Of a DNA stretch of 64,000 nt, positions 52,171 through 62,492 are shown in pieces. A model generated the notes under the pieces. That model was not told the origin of the DNA, made no database searches, and worked only from the letters and a program-made list of their open reading frames with translations. Source of the stretch: Actinomycetota bacterium. GTDB taxonomy: Bacteria; Actinomycetota; Geothermincolia; Geothermincolales; RBG-13-55-18. The stretch lies in assembly GCA_016931915.1 (NCBI GenBank), contig JAFGDU010000098.1:1728-65727 (forward strand). Reading direction: 5' to 3'. The position numbers were made by a program, and so were the translations under genes. How positions within the stretch are numbered: the first letter of the stretch is position 1; every line of letters starts with the position of its first letter.

Positions 52171-52970
52171 GGATGTTCCTGGACGAAGTAGCCGAACTGA
52201 CGAGGAAGCGCGTGGAGCGGGACAGGGCGCTCGTCCCCAGCGATGTGCTGTGGGAGGAATGCGCTCACCGCAGGCAGCTTCCATCCTTCCGCGACGCCCT
52301 GCTGCGGTTGCCAGGCGGGAGCATAAACGTGATCGCCGAGGTCAAGCGCTCGTCCCCCTCGCGCGGCCCCATCCGTCCCGACCTGGTCCTCGAGGACCTG
52401 CTGGGATGCTACGAGAGAGGCGGGGCCTGTGCGATTTCGGTGCTCACCGAACCCGAGTTCTTCGGGGGCAGCCTTGACGACATCTACAGGGCATGTTCCG
52501 CCACCGCCCTGCCGGTGCTGCGCAAGGACTTCATCCTCGATCCCTACCAGCTCCTGGAGGCGCGGGCCGCCGGGGCGGGAGCGGTACTGCTCATCGCCCA
52601 TATCCTCGAAGACGGCGAGCTCATCCGCCTGCTCTCGGAGGCGGAGGGGTTGGGCCTGGAGGCCCTGGTCGAGGTGCACGACGAGGACGAGCTGGAAGCG
52701 GCACTGGACGCGGGCGCGAGCATCATCGGCATCAACAACCGCGACCTCAAGACGCTGGAGGTGGACCTGGAGACGACCACCAGGCTGGCGGCGCTGGTAC
52801 CGGAGACGAAGGTGCTGGTGAGCGAGAGCGGGTACACGCAGGCCGGAGAGATGGCGGACCTCGCGGACCTGGGGGTGGACGCCGTCCTGGTAGGCGAGTT
52901 CCTGGTAAAACAGGATGACCCGGAACGAGCCGTGCGGGAACTGATCGGAGGCGGCGACAGTGTGGCTTAA
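52167..52970 (+). CDS. trpC: indole-3-glycerol phosphate synthase
   Basis: ATGA overlap with the trpD stop. IAEVKRSSPS, VLTEPEFFGGS, LRKDFI, IIGINNRDL. Confidence 0.9.
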   Translation: MRMFLDEVAELTRKRVERDRALVPSDVLWEECAHRRQLPSFRDALLRLPGGSINVIAEVKRSSPSRGPIRPDLVLEDLLGCYERGGACAISVLTEPEFFGGSLDDIYRACSATALPVLRKDFILDPYQLLEARAAGAGAVLLIAHILEDGELIRLLSEAEGLGLEALVEVHDEDELEAALDAGASIIGINNRDLKTLEVDLETTTRLAALVPETKVLVSESGYTQAGEMADLADLGVDAVLVGEFLVKQDDPERAVRELIGGGDSVA

Positions 52971-53607
52971 GGTATGCGGCATCACCAGGGTGGAGGACGC
53001 GGCAGAGGCATACGCTCTCGGATACGACGCGGTGGGCATGGTCTTCGCGGAAAGCCCGCGGCGCTTGAACGTCGAGCGCGCTAAGGAGATCTGCTCCGCG
53101 CTCCCCCCATCTATCCTGCGCGTAGGAGTATTCGCCGGACTGGAGGGCGAAGAGGTGAGAAGCCTGGCGGAGTACTGCGGGCTCGACCTGGTGCAGCTGC
53201 ACGGGGTGGAAGGGGAGCACGTAGCCGCCCCCTTCGGCTCCAGGGCCATCGTGGCCAGGCGCCCGCGCCTGCCACACGACCTCGAGGGCATGAAGGAAAA
53301 TGCCGGCGCCTTCGCGGTGCTCATCGACGCCTGGGACCCGGTGCTCGCCGGCGGCACCGGGCGCACCTGCGATTGGGACCTTGCGGCCCGGGCCGCACGC
53401 ATGGTGAGGGTGATCCTGGCGGGAGGCCTCAACCCCTCCAACGTGGGAGAGGCGATAGGCACAGTCAATCCCTTCGGCGTGGACGTCTCCAGCGGCGTGG
53501 AGAGCGAGCCGGGGATAAAGGACCACGCGCTGATGCGGGATTTCGCCCGCAAGGCGCGCATAGCCGCCGCCGTGGCGGCGGAGGAGGACTCTTATGTCGA
53601 CAAATAA
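52960..53607 (+). CDS. trpF: phosphoribosylanthranilate isomerase
   Basis: GTG start, 11-nt overlap with trpC. KVCGITR...DAVGMVF...VQLHG...ILAGGL..NV. Confidence 0.85.
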   Translation: MWLKVCGITRVEDAAEAYALGYDAVGMVFAESPRRLNVERAKEICSALPPSILRVGVFAGLEGEEVRSLAEYCGLDLVQLHGVEGEHVAAPFGSRAIVARRPRLPHDLEGMKENAGAFAVLIDAWDPVLAGGTGRTCDWDLAARAARMVRVILAGGLNPSNVGEAIGTVNPFGVDVSSGVESEPGIKDHALMRDFARKARIAAAVAAEEDSYVDK

Positions 53608-54790
53608 GACCGTGGAGCGCGGCGGGCATTTCGGCGCCTTCGGCGGACGCTACGTCCCAGAGACGCTCATCGCCCCCCTGGCCGAGCTGGAGCAGGCCTA
53701 CGCGGAGGCGATGGCGGACCCCGCTTTCCAGCGTGAACTAGCCCTGTACCTGCAGGATTACGCCGGCAGGCCGACGCCGCTTTACGAGGCGCGCCGCCTC
53801 TCGCGCGAGGTGGGTGGGGCGACGATCTTTCTCAAGCGCGAGGACCTCTGCCATACCGGCTCGCACAAGATAAACAACACCCTGGGCCAGTGCCTGCTGG
53901 CGCGGCGCATGGGCAAGAGCCGCATCATCGCGGAAACGGGAGCCGGCCAGCACGGCGTGGCCACGGCCACGACCGCCGCCCTGCTCGGCCAGGAGTGCGA
54001 CGTGTACATGGGAGAGACGGACATGGAGAGGCAGTCCCTTAACGTGTTCCGCATGGAGCTGCTGGGGGCGCGCGTGATCCCCGTAGCCACCGGCTCGCGC
54101 ACCCTCAAGGACGCGGTGAACGAGGCCCTGCGGGACTGGGTGGCCACCTCCGACCATACGCATTACTGCCTCGGTTCGGTGGTCGGGCCCCATCCCTTTC
54201 CCCTGCTGGTCCGGGACCTGCAATGCGTCATCGGCAGGGAGGCGCGGCGGCAGCACCTCGAGCGCACGGGCCGGTTGCCGCAATGCCTGGTCGCCTGCGT
54301 GGGCGGGGGCAGCAACTCCCTGGGGCTCTTCCATCCCTTCCTCGCGGACGGCGTGCGCATGGTGGGCGTCGAGGCGGGGGGAAAGGGTGTGGGCCCGGGA
54401 GATCACGGAAGCACGCTGTGCCTGGGCTCCGCCGGGGTCCTGCACGGCACCCGCAGCTACCTGCTGCAGGACGGTGACGGCCAGATACTGGAGACACATT
54501 CCATCTCGGCGGGACTGGACTACCCTGGCGTGGGGCCGGAACACGCCTTCCTCAAGGACAGCGGCACGGCCGAGTACACCAACGTGAGCGACGCGGATGC
54601 GCTGCGCGCGACGGAATTGCTCTGCCGCACCGAGGGCATCCTGCCCGCCCTGGAGAGCGCCCATGCCGTGGCGGGCGCGGTGGAACTGGCGCAGGGGATG
54701 CCGCGGGACACCTCCCTGGTGGTTTGCCTCTCGGGCCGGGGCGATAAGGACGTGAACACGCTCATGGATATAAGGAGGGGCGAGAGTTGA
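53594..54790 (+). CDS. trpB: tryptophan synthase beta chain
   Basis: 14-nt overlap with trp[25 protein letters not shown] (PLP lysine), [15 protein letters not shown]. Confidence 0.95.
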   Translation: MSTNKTVERGGHFGAFGGRYVPETLIAPLAELEQAYAEAMADPAFQRELALYLQDYAGRPTPLYEARRLSREVGGATIFLKREDLCHTGSHKINNTLGQCLLARRMGKSRIIAETGAGQHGVATATTAALLGQECDVYMGETDMERQSLNVFRMELLGARVIPVATGSRTLKDAVNEALRDWVATSDHTHYCLGSVVGPHPFPLLVRDLQCVIGREARRQHLERTGRLPQCLVACVGGGSNSLGLFHPFLADGVRMVGVEAGGKGVGPGDHGSTLCLGSAGVLHGTRSYLLQDGDGQILETHSISAGLDYPGVGPEHAFLKDSGTAEYTNVSDADALRATELLCRTEGILPALESAHAVAGAVELAQGMPRDTSLVVCLSGRGDKDVNTLMDIRRGES

Positions 54791-55605
54791 GCCGCATCGA
54801 CGACGCATTCAGCGCAACGAAGGATAACGGGTGCGCCCTCATCGGTTACGCCACCGCCGGGTTCCCGGACAGGCGTACCTGCCTGTCCATCGCCTCCTCC
54901 CTGCTGGAGCACTGCGATATCCTGGAGCTGGGAATCCCCTTCTCGGACCCGGTCCTGGACGGAGCGGTGATACAGGAATCATCGCGCCGGTCCCTGGAGT
55001 CGGGATTCAAAGTCGGCGACGCCTTCGCTATCGCCGCCGAACTACGGGCTGCGTCGGAGAAACCCATCCTGGTGATGACCTACTACAACCCCGTGCACCG
55101 CATGGGACACGCATCCTTCGCCGCGGAAGCGGCGCGGGCGGGACTGGACGGGACGCTCATCCCCGACCTGCCGCCGGAGGAGATGGCGGCATGGAAGGAC
55201 GCCGCGGACGGCGAGGGGCTCTGCAACGTGCTCTTCGCTTCCATGACCACCCCGGAGCGGCGCCTGAGCTTCCTGGGCGGGCTGACCCAGGGCTTCCTCT
55301 ACTGCTTCGCCGTCAAGGGGACCACCGGCATGCGCGAGAGCCTGGCCGGCGGGCTTGGAGACTTCATGGCGCGGGCCCGCGCCTTCTGCACGGCCCCCCT
55401 GGCACTGGGGCTCGGCATCTCCACGCCCGGCCAATGCCGCGACGCCTCCGCGCTGGCCGACGGTGTGGTGGTAGGGAGCGCCCTGGTCAAGGCGGCCATG
55501 GACGCCGTGGAGCGTGGAGGCGATCCCGCCCTCGAGGCCGGCCGCCTCGCCTCGCAGCTCAAGGGCTCCCTGGCAGGGAACCAGGCCGCGCAGGCCGAAG
55601 AATGA
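54787..55605 (+). CDS. trpA: tryptophan synthase alpha chain
   Basis: TTGA overlap with the trpB stop. [45 protein letters not shown]. Confidence 0.9.
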   Translation: MSRIDDAFSATKDNGCALIGYATAGFPDRRTCLSIASSLLEHCDILELGIPFSDPVLDGAVIQESSRRSLESGFKVGDAFAIAAELRAASEKPILVMTYYNPVHRMGHASFAAEAARAGLDGTLIPDLPPEEMAAWKDAADGEGLCNVLFASMTTPERRLSFLGGLTQGFLYCFAVKGTTGMRESLAGGLGDFMARARAFCTAPLALGLGISTPGQCRDASALADGVVVGSALVKAAMDAVERGGDPALEAGRLASQLKGSLAGNQAAQAEE

Positions 55606-55694
55606 TTGCGACGGGCAATCTCCGATAGCACGGCTCCGGTACGTATCGTCCGTGCCAGGGGCAGCGGCCGCACAGCGGAAAGGAGGCGGTTACG

Positions 55695-56456
55695 GTGACT
55701 GGAGCGCTGGTGGCAGTGGCCATCGTCCTCGTGGTTCTCATCCTGTACGTCCTCTCCGGGATACGCGTGATCAACGAGTACGAGCGGGGGGTCAAGTTCA
55801 CCTTCGGCAAGTTCAGCCGCGTGTGCGAACCGGGGTGGCGCCTCGCGCTGCCCATCTTCCAGCGCATAGTCACGGTGGACATGCGCGTCACGGTGATGGA
55901 CGTCCCCTCCCAGGTAGCCATCACCAAGGACAACGTCTCCACCACCATCAACGCCGTGCTCTACTTCAGGGTCTTCAAATCGGAGGACGCCATAATCAGG
56001 GTCAGCGACTACTTCTATGCCATCTCGCAGCTGGCACAGACCACCATGAGGAACGTGGTCGGCGAGGTGAGCCTCAACGAACTACTGCAGAAGCGCGAGG
56101 CCATCGCGGCCCGCATCAAAGACATCGTGGACAAGGAGACCGATCCATGGGGGATAAAGGTCACCTCGGTGGAGCTCAAGGATATCCAGCTGCCGGAGAA
56201 CCTGCAGCGCGCCCTGGCGCGGGCCGCCGAGGCGGAGAGGGAGAAGGAGGCGGTGATCATCAAGGCCGAGGGCGACCGCATCGCTGCGGACAACATCTCC
56301 CTGGCGGCCCAGATTATCGAACGTACAAAGGGGGGGATGTTCCTGAGGACTCTCTCCACCCTTACCGATCTCTCTTCCGACCAGAGCAACACCATCGTGT
56401 TCCTGCTGCCCTTCGAGATCCTCAAGGCCATAGAGAGATTCGGGCCGGCGGACTAG
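55695..56456 (+). CDS. SPFH/band 7 (stomatin-like) membrane protein
   Basis: GTG start after AAAGGAGG. N-terminal TM helix, then INEYERGVKFTFGK...VITKDNV...YAISQLAQTTMRNV...LQRALARAAEAEREKEA. Confidence 0.85.
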   Translation: MTGALVAVAIVLVVLILYVLSGIRVINEYERGVKFTFGKFSRVCEPGWRLALPIFQRIVTVDMRVTVMDVPSQVAITKDNVSTTINAVLYFRVFKSEDAIIRVSDYFYAISQLAQTTMRNVVGEVSLNELLQKREAIAARIKDIVDKETDPWGIKVTSVELKDIQLPENLQRALARAAEAEREKEAVIIKAEGDRIAADNISLAAQIIERTKGGMFLRTLSTLTDLSSDQSNTIVFLLPFEILKAIERFGPAD

Positions 56457-56711
56457 GGATTTCCACCCTTAACCCGACTGAGTGGCCCGCGCATGCGCCG
56501 AGGTACCCGCGATATCGCGCAACCCGCAAGGCTCTTTCGCGTTCTCGTTTATGCGTCCCCGTAGAGCAGCCTGAACCAGAGTCTGTCCCCACGGACGTAA
56601 TTGCATCAAGCAATTCCGCGCAAGCACCGACAATAACCTAGCAGCAACGAAGCCGTGAAGGCTGTGGTGCGGTCGAAAATGGCGTCGCTTCAAGAGAAAC
56701 GAGGCGTGAAG

Positions 56712-57971
56712 ATGGTGAATAAACTCCTGCTCCTGGCGATGGCGGTGGTGCTGTGCGCCGTCCCGTGCTCCTGCGGGAACGGCGGCGGCGAGGCCACAGG
56801 CAGCGGCGTTCAGGCGCCCGTCGCCAGCTACCCGGAGCAACCCGAAGGGGCCACGGACGTCCTGGCGGAGGGCAGGCTGTACAAGGCGGGAAAGATAAAC
56901 GTCCTGGTGCTGCAGGGGACCTACGAGCAGATGGGCCGGCAGTACGGAGCCCTGCTCAAACAGGAGCTGAACGAAAATTACCGGGGCATGGTGGAAGGCC
57001 TGCAGGACATCGAGGATCTTTCCATCGAGGACCTGCAGGAGCTGGGGGAATCCGTATACGAGAAGTACCCACAGAAGTACAAGGAGATCATAAACGGGCT
57101 CGCCGAGACCTCGGGGCTGGGGCTGGAGAAGGCCAAGGCCCTGAACATGCAGGAGATGTACGTAAGCGCGGCGCTGGTGAACTGGGCGCAGACCCAGGGG
57201 ATGCAGTGCTCGGGGATGGCGGCCTGGGGCCCCTATACCTCGGGCGGCCCACTGGTCTTCGGCCGTAATTACGACCTGGGGTTCTTCAACGCGCAGTATG
57301 CGACCATGACCGTCTACAATCCCATCGACGGCAGCATCCCGGTAGCGAGCTTCACCTTCGCCGGATGTATATACGTCACCTCCGGCATGAACGGCGCGGG
57401 CGTGTTCCTGGAATTGAACAACGGCTCGACTTCGGACTGCAGCGATTTCATGGATACGCGCCCCTGGGCTCCCATCGACCTCTTCTCCTTCCTGGAGGGA
57501 GCGAGCGACCTGGAGCAGCTGTCGTACTTCTTTGAGACCACCCGGCCGGACCTGGCCTATATCGTGAACGCCGCCGACGCGGATTCTGCATGCTCGTTCG
57601 AGTGGGCTACCTCGGGGGTGAAGAAGCGGCTGCCCGATCAGGAAGGCCTGCTGGTCGCCACCAACCACTTCGTGGACCCCTCCTGGGACATTCCGCCGCC
57701 GGGCGTGAACGCCCCGGACGTGGATTTCTCAGTGCAGCGCCGCGTGAACCTGCTGACCCTGGGGGAGGAGAACAAGGGCGCTTTCGATCCCGAGGTGATG
57801 ATGGAGGTCATCTCCACCGCCCTGGAGGACGGCGGGGCGTTCCGGGCGCCCAACCTGACCAGCTACGAGATAGTTGCGGTGCCCGCCGAGCTCACCGTGT
57901 GGGTGCGCGTCCCGGAATATCAGGACTGGGTGGAGATAGACCTGGGACGGTACTTCTCCTGGAGGGAATGA
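56712..57971 (+). CDS. lipoprotein, C45-peptidase / acyl-CoA:6-APA acyltransferase-like
   Basis: ATG 56712. Signal peptide with lipobox-like LCAVPCSCG. Candidate autoproteolytic Cys in MQCSGMAAWG. Family call from memory only. Confidence 0.45.
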   Translation: MVNKLLLLAMAVVLCAVPCSCGNGGGEATGSGVQAPVASYPEQPEGATDVLAEGRLYKAGKINVLVLQGTYEQMGRQYGALLKQELNENYRGMVEGLQDIEDLSIEDLQELGESVYEKYPQKYKEIINGLAETSGLGLEKAKALNMQEMYVSAALVNWAQTQGMQCSGMAAWGPYTSGGPLVFGRNYDLGFFNAQYATMTVYNPIDGSIPVASFTFAGCIYVTSGMNGAGVFLELNNGSTSDCSDFMDTRPWAPIDLFSFLEGASDLEQLSYFFETTRPDLAYIVNAADADSACSFEWATSGVKKRLPDQEGLLVATNHFVDPSWDIPPPGVNAPDVDFSVQRRVNLLTLGEENKGAFDPEVMMEVISTALEDGGAFRAPNLTSYEIVAVPAELTVWVRVPEYQDWVEIDLGRYFSWRE

Positions 57972-58038
57972 TCCCCGCGGGATCGCAGCGATGCTGCGCC
58001 CGCTGCCGTGTATCCATCTCCGAGTTCGGAATCCCCGC

Positions 58039-58851
58039 TCAGTCGAACTTGACGTAGGAACGGATGCGCTCGTAGCTCTTGTCGAGGAAATCGGGGTCGT
58101 CGATACTCACCCTGATGGCATCGTTGGGGCAAGTGGTGGCACAGCGCCCGCAGGCCCGGCAGTGCTCCCCGATGACCGCCCTGCCCCCCTCCAGGCGCAT
58201 AGCCTGGATATAGCATTGCTCTACGCATTCCCCGCATCCCGTGCAGTCGTCCGTGACCTCGATGGTAACTCCTTCCAGGCGGGGGAACATGGGGTCGAGC
58301 ACGTCCAGGCGGGCATAGCGCGTGAACCGGGTTATACAGCAGCACTCGCAGCAGAAGCATACGGTGAGCAGGCGCGAGCGGTCCTTTATACCGAAGAGGA
58401 AGTTGTCCACCCTGGCCTTACCCACCACGGGCACCAGTCCCGCGTCCACCGCCGCGCGGGCATGTTCCTTGGCCTCCTCTACCCCCACCTCGTGGCTGAC
58501 CGAGAAGGGGGATTCCATGGCCGAGTCGCCCATGAGCAGGCAGCCTATCTCCACCGGGTAATCCTTGCACCCGAATCCCTTGCGGCACCCGCAGTAGTCG
58601 TAGACGACGCGGTGGGAGGCTTCCTCGATGAAGCGGTCCAGGAGGGCAAGGGGCATGGGAACGTTGTCCGGCATATGGATATCCTGGTTGATGGGCAGCC
58701 AGCGCATGTCGGTCTTGTCGGGGTTCGTCCAGGGATGGATGCGCGGCGGCAGCGGCAGTTTCCCTCCCCACTTGAGGACCGTCTCCATAAATCTCAGTCC
58801 CCGGTTGAGTTTGCCCGCGTCTCCCTCCTCGAGGATCTTTTTACCGTCCAT
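58039..58851 (-). CDS. 4Fe-4S dicluster protein with additional Cys-rich N-terminal module
   Basis: CTGCGECVEQC and CRACGRCATTCP ferredoxin motifs, plus YCGCRKGFGC and CFCCECCC. Confidence 0.6.
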   Translation of the reverse strand: MDGKKILEEGDAGKLNRGLRFMETVLKWGGKLPLPPRIHPWTNPDKTDMRWLPINQDIHMPDNVPMPLALLDRFIEEASHRVVYDYCGCRKGFGCKDYPVEIGCLLMGDSAMESPFSVSHEVGVEEAKEHARAAVDAGLVPVVGKARVDNFLFGIKDRSRLLTVCFCCECCCITRFTRYARLDVLDPMFPRLEGVTIEVTDDCTGCGECVEQCYIQAMRLEGGRAVIGEHCRACGRCATTCPNDAIRVSIDDPDFLDKSYERIRSYVKFD

Positions 58852-59050
58852 CCGCTACACCTCCAAAGCCGCTGAACGCCTCCCCACTCTATAAGAACCT
58901 TTTCGGCATCCCCTCCGGCTCCCTCAAGGATGCCCCCTCCCCCAGCAACCCGCGAGCAGACACGGTACCGCGCAGATGTCTTACACCGGGACATGGCGCG
59001 TGGGATAATTAAGGCGGTCGGCCGGGGGTTGAAACAAGGAGGATGGTGCC

Positions 59051-60127
59051 ATGAGCGGGGAGCGCATGGGTGTCGGTATCATCGGCTGCGGGCGTATCTT
59101 CGACCTGCACATGCGGGGATACGAGGGCCGCGAGGACGCCGAGGTGCTGGCGGTTGCAGACGTCTCGGAGGAAAAGAGGCGGGAGCGGGCCGGGAGTTAC
59201 GGTATCGCCGCGCGGTACGGGGACTACCGGCAGCTCCTGGAAGACCCTTCCATAGATCTGGTGGAGATACTCACCCCCCACCACCTGCACCGCGAGATGG
59301 CCATAGCCGCGGCGGAGGCCGGGAAGCATATCTCCCTGCAGAAGCCACCGGCGCTGAGCGTAGGCGATTTCGACGACATCATCGCCGCGGCAAAGAAGGC
59401 TGGAGTCGTCCTGCGCATCTACGAGAACTTCGTCTTTTACCCGCCCATCGTCAAGGCCAGGGAGCTGATAGACGAGGGGGCCATCGGCACCCCCATAAAC
59501 ATCCGCATGCGCTCGGTGGGCGGCTCGGCGGCGGGCGGCTGGGAGGTCCCGCTGGAATCCTGGGCCTGGCGCGTCGACGAGAAGACCTGCGGGGGCGGAC
59601 CCTTCGTCTTCGACGACGGTTACCACAAGTTCTCCATCGCCCTCTACCTCCTCGGCGAGGTAGAGAAAGTGTTCGCGTGGATGGAGGCCATGCCAATGGG
59701 CGAAGGCCTTTGCGTGGACGCTCCCAGCATATGCATATGGAAGCACAAGGAGGGGAGCCGCTTCGGCAGCATCGACTTCGCCTGGGCCTACGACCTCTAC
59801 ATCAAGTCGAATTACTACTCCGCGGACGACCGCGTGGAGGTGACGGGCACCGAGGGGATATTGTGGGTCACGCGGGGACACGGCAACATGCTGGATATCC
59901 CTCCCCTGCTCCTCTACCGCGAGGGCAGGCTCACCGCCTACACCGACCTGGAGGCGGACTGGGGCGCGAGCTTCCGCGATTGCACCCGCCACCTGCTCGA
60001 TGCGATGCGCGAGGGCGGTGACCCCCACCTCACGCCCGGGGAGGGGCGCCGGGTGCTGCAGTTCGCCCTGGCGGCGATCACCTCGGCGCGGGAGGGGCGC
60101 GAGGTGCGCCCGGACGACATGACTTGA
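59051..60127 (+). CDS. Gfo/Idh/MocA family oxidoreductase
   Basis: MGVGIIGCGRI Rossmann, EILTPHHLH, and a C-terminal alpha/beta domain. 358 aa. Confidence 0.85.
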   Translation: MSGERMGVGIIGCGRIFDLHMRGYEGREDAEVLAVADVSEEKRRERAGSYGIAARYGDYRQLLEDPSIDLVEILTPHHLHREMAIAAAEAGKHISLQKPPALSVGDFDDIIAAAKKAGVVLRIYENFVFYPPIVKARELIDEGAIGTPINIRMRSVGGSAAGGWEVPLESWAWRVDEKTCGGGPFVFDDGYHKFSIALYLLGEVEKVFAWMEAMPMGEGLCVDAPSICIWKHKEGSRFGSIDFAWAYDLYIKSNYYSADDRVEVTGTEGILWVTRGHGNMLDIPPLLLYREGRLTAYTDLEADWGASFRDCTRHLLDAMREGGDPHLTPGEGRRVLQFALAAITSAREGREVRPDDMT

Positions 60128-60240
60128 GGCGATGGCCGACATGCATCCGGGATGCCCGCAGGGTACCCCTCAGGCAGTGAACGACCGGTGGTGAGGTGAG
60201 CAAGGAACGGGACCGTTTACTGAGCAAAGGAAGGGAGCCT

Positions 60241-60684
60241 ATGAACAAGACCTTCTATTACGCATTGGCCTTCGTGGTGGGGGTGATAATCGCCGCCCAC
60301 CTGGCCATGAACGCGGACGTGGGCGAGAAGATAGAGAACGCCCGCGCCGCAAACGCCGCTTTCTGGAGCATCGGGGCGGTGGTTGCCGTCATCATCTGGC
60401 TTGCCGGCCCCAACCGCTCCGCCATGAGCAGGCTCAAGGAGATCAACCCCCTCCTGCTGCTGGCGGGGGCCATGGGAGCCGCACTGGTGCTTGCCATCGC
60501 CATCATCATCCCCAAGATCGGTGCCGGTCCCACGAACGTGCTGCAGCTGGCGGGCCAGGTCATAGCCGGGGTGCTCATCAGCCAGTTCGCGCTGTGGAGT
60601 TCGCCCCAGGAATCGCTAAGCGTGCTCAAGATGGTCGGGGTGGTGGTGATGGTCGGGGGCGCCTACATGGCGGTGGCGTTATGA
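60241..60684 (+). CDS. DMT-superfamily small membrane protein (DUF606/YdcZ-like)
   Basis: ATG 60241 after AAGGAAGGGAG. 147 aa, 4-5 helices, VIAAHLAMNA...QLAGQVIAGVLISQF pattern. Confidence 0.55.
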   Translation: MNKTFYYALAFVVGVIIAAHLAMNADVGEKIENARAANAAFWSIGAVVAVIIWLAGPNRSAMSRLKEINPLLLLAGAMGAALVLAIAIIIPKIGAGPTNVLQLAGQVIAGVLISQFALWSSPQESLSVLKMVGVVVMVGGAYMAVAL

Positions 60685-60838
60685 ATAGACGCGACCGCCG
60701 GATAAAGATGCACACTGGACGATAGGATTTCCTGCAGGGAGGAGAAACATACATTGCCGTTAAAATAATTGCTGACCGTTTCGGGTTGCGATATACGGCC
60801 GAGGGTCGGCTGTTGCGGTATCGATCAAGGGGGCTCAA

Positions 60839-62173
60839 ATGGAAGATACCACTGGGGCTGAAGAATACAGGCAATACGGCTACCGCTGGGTGGTGCTGCT
60901 GGTCTTCGGCCTGGTCCTGTGCGTCCAGGCTTTTCTGTGGATAAGCTTCGCGCCCATCGAGAGCAGCGTGGAGCAGGTCTTTGGCGTAAGCGAGACGCTG
61001 GTAAGGCTGCTGGCCCTGGTGGGGCCGGTGATGTTCGTCTTTCTGGGCTCCTACGCCGGGGACATCTCCGACCGCCGCGGCTTCAAGTTCGCGGTCTCGC
61101 TGGGAGCGATCATCATCTCGGTGTTCGGCGTCATCCGGGCTATCGTGCCCCACGTCATCGACTCCGGCACCGCGCAGTACTGGATAGTGCTCGTCTGCCA
61201 GGCCGTCATAGGCAGCGGCGCCGTCTTTATCCTGGTCAACCTGTCCAAGATGCCCATCAAGTGGTTTCGGGAGGAGAACCGGGCAACTGCCATCGGCCTG
61301 GCTACCCTGTTTTTCTATCTGGGTACGGCCATCGGCATCCCGCTCGTGAACGCGTTGGCGAGTATCCCCGAGGGAACCACCGACGTGGCGGTGATGAGCG
61401 CGGGCGTGAACCGTATCCTCTGGGTGACGGCAGCCGTCATGGTCGCGGCAACCGTAATCTTCATTCTCATCTCCAAGGAAAATCCTCCCACTCCCTCGGG
61501 AGCCGTACCGGAAGAAGCGAAACTCGGTACCTGGGAGGCACTCAAGCGTTTCCTGAGCCTGCCCACTTTTAGGGCTCTGGCCTTCGTATCCCTTATCGGC
61601 TACGGCGTTTACCTTGGTCTTACGGTTACCATGGAGAAGATCATCGGATACCACGGCTTCTCCTCGAGCTTCGCATCCATCGTGGCCGCCGGCATCACCA
61701 TTGGAGGCATAATCGGTGCGGCCACCATCCCGGGTATATCCGAGAAGGTGGGGTTGCGCAAACCTTTTCTCATCATCGCGGCCCTGGTCACCCTGCCCAT
61801 GGGCCTTGTTATCGGCTTCGTGGGAGTCAAGGCCCTCGATGTGATCGGCGCCTTCCTGCTGGGCCTCTTCCTGCTGCCCGCCCTGCCCATAACCTTTACA
61901 ATCGTGGGAGAGATGGAGGAGATCGGCCCGTTATTCGCCGGATCGGCAGTGGGTACGCTCATGGCCATGGGCAACATCGGCTCCCTCCTGGTGCCACTGG
62001 CCATGGAGCTGTTCAAACGGGAAACGGAGGCGGGAGTGACCGACTACCGTTTCTCCATCGTGTTCCTGGGGGTGCTGGGAATACTCGGACTCGTGGCCGT
62101 AATCGTATGGGTCAGGGAGACCGGCCCCCGCGTCAGGGGCAGGAGCGAGAGCGGCAAGACCGCAGCGGGATAG
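60839..62173 (+). CDS. MFS transporter
   Basis: 444 aa, about 12 hydrophobic helices, GDISDRRGFK loop motif between TM2 and TM3. Confidence 0.8.
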   Translation: MEDTTGAEEYRQYGYRWVVLLVFGLVLCVQAFLWISFAPIESSVEQVFGVSETLVRLLALVGPVMFVFLGSYAGDISDRRGFKFAVSLGAIIISVFGVIRAIVPHVIDSGTAQYWIVLVCQAVIGSGAVFILVNLSKMPIKWFREENRATAIGLATLFFYLGTAIGIPLVNALASIPEGTTDVAVMSAGVNRILWVTAAVMVAATVIFILISKENPPTPSGAVPEEAKLGTWEALKRFLSLPTFRALAFVSLIGYGVYLGLTVTMEKIIGYHGFSSSFASIVAAGITIGGIIGAATIPGISEKVGLRKPFLIIAALVTLPMGLVIGFVGVKALDVIGAFLLGLFLLPALPITFTIVGEMEEIGPLFAGSAVGTLMAMGNIGSLLVPLAMELFKRETEAGVTDYRFSIVFLGVLGILGLVAVIVWVRETGPRVRGRSESGKTAAG

Positions 62174-62492
62174 ACAGCAACAGCCGCGTTAAACGCTGCC
62201 TGGAGCGCGGTATCATGTCCTGATCGCCCTTGTGTCCTTTAGCCAGGCCGGCCGCTGTCCGGATCGCTGCCCTTGTTGATGAGCGGCGAGCAATATCCTT
62301 AAGCGATCATTTGAAGGGGCGTTGCACCAGTAGTAAAATGAATTATATTCAGTATTTGAATATTGCTCATTTCATGCACGGTCTTCACGCTGTCACGGGG
62401 CGGTTACCAGGGAAGGAATCCAGGCTTCCCAGGCCAAGAGGAACGGATAAAGCGGGCCAAGTCGTAACAGGACGATAAAGGGAGTGATCAGC

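Noticed and set aside
51459-53561. 700-aa minus-strand ORF across trpD-trpC-trpF
   Set aside because: It is Ala/Arg/Ser/Pro-rich and low-complexity, and it is antisense to four unmistakable trp genes. This is a typical high-GC shadow ORF. The same reasoning applies to 49653..50450(-), 50959..52284(-), 53738..54808(-) and 52747..53526(-).
62330-62492. Possible riboswitch in the ~150-nt leader upstream of the M24 peptidase (candidate promoter TTGCAC-16-TATATT at about 62327-62354; short hairpin GGGAAG-gaatccagg-CTTCCC)
   Set aside because: I could not match it to any riboswitch consensus I know (guanidine/ykkC, glycine and others), and the pairing potential is weak. An Rfam cmscan would be needed to decide.
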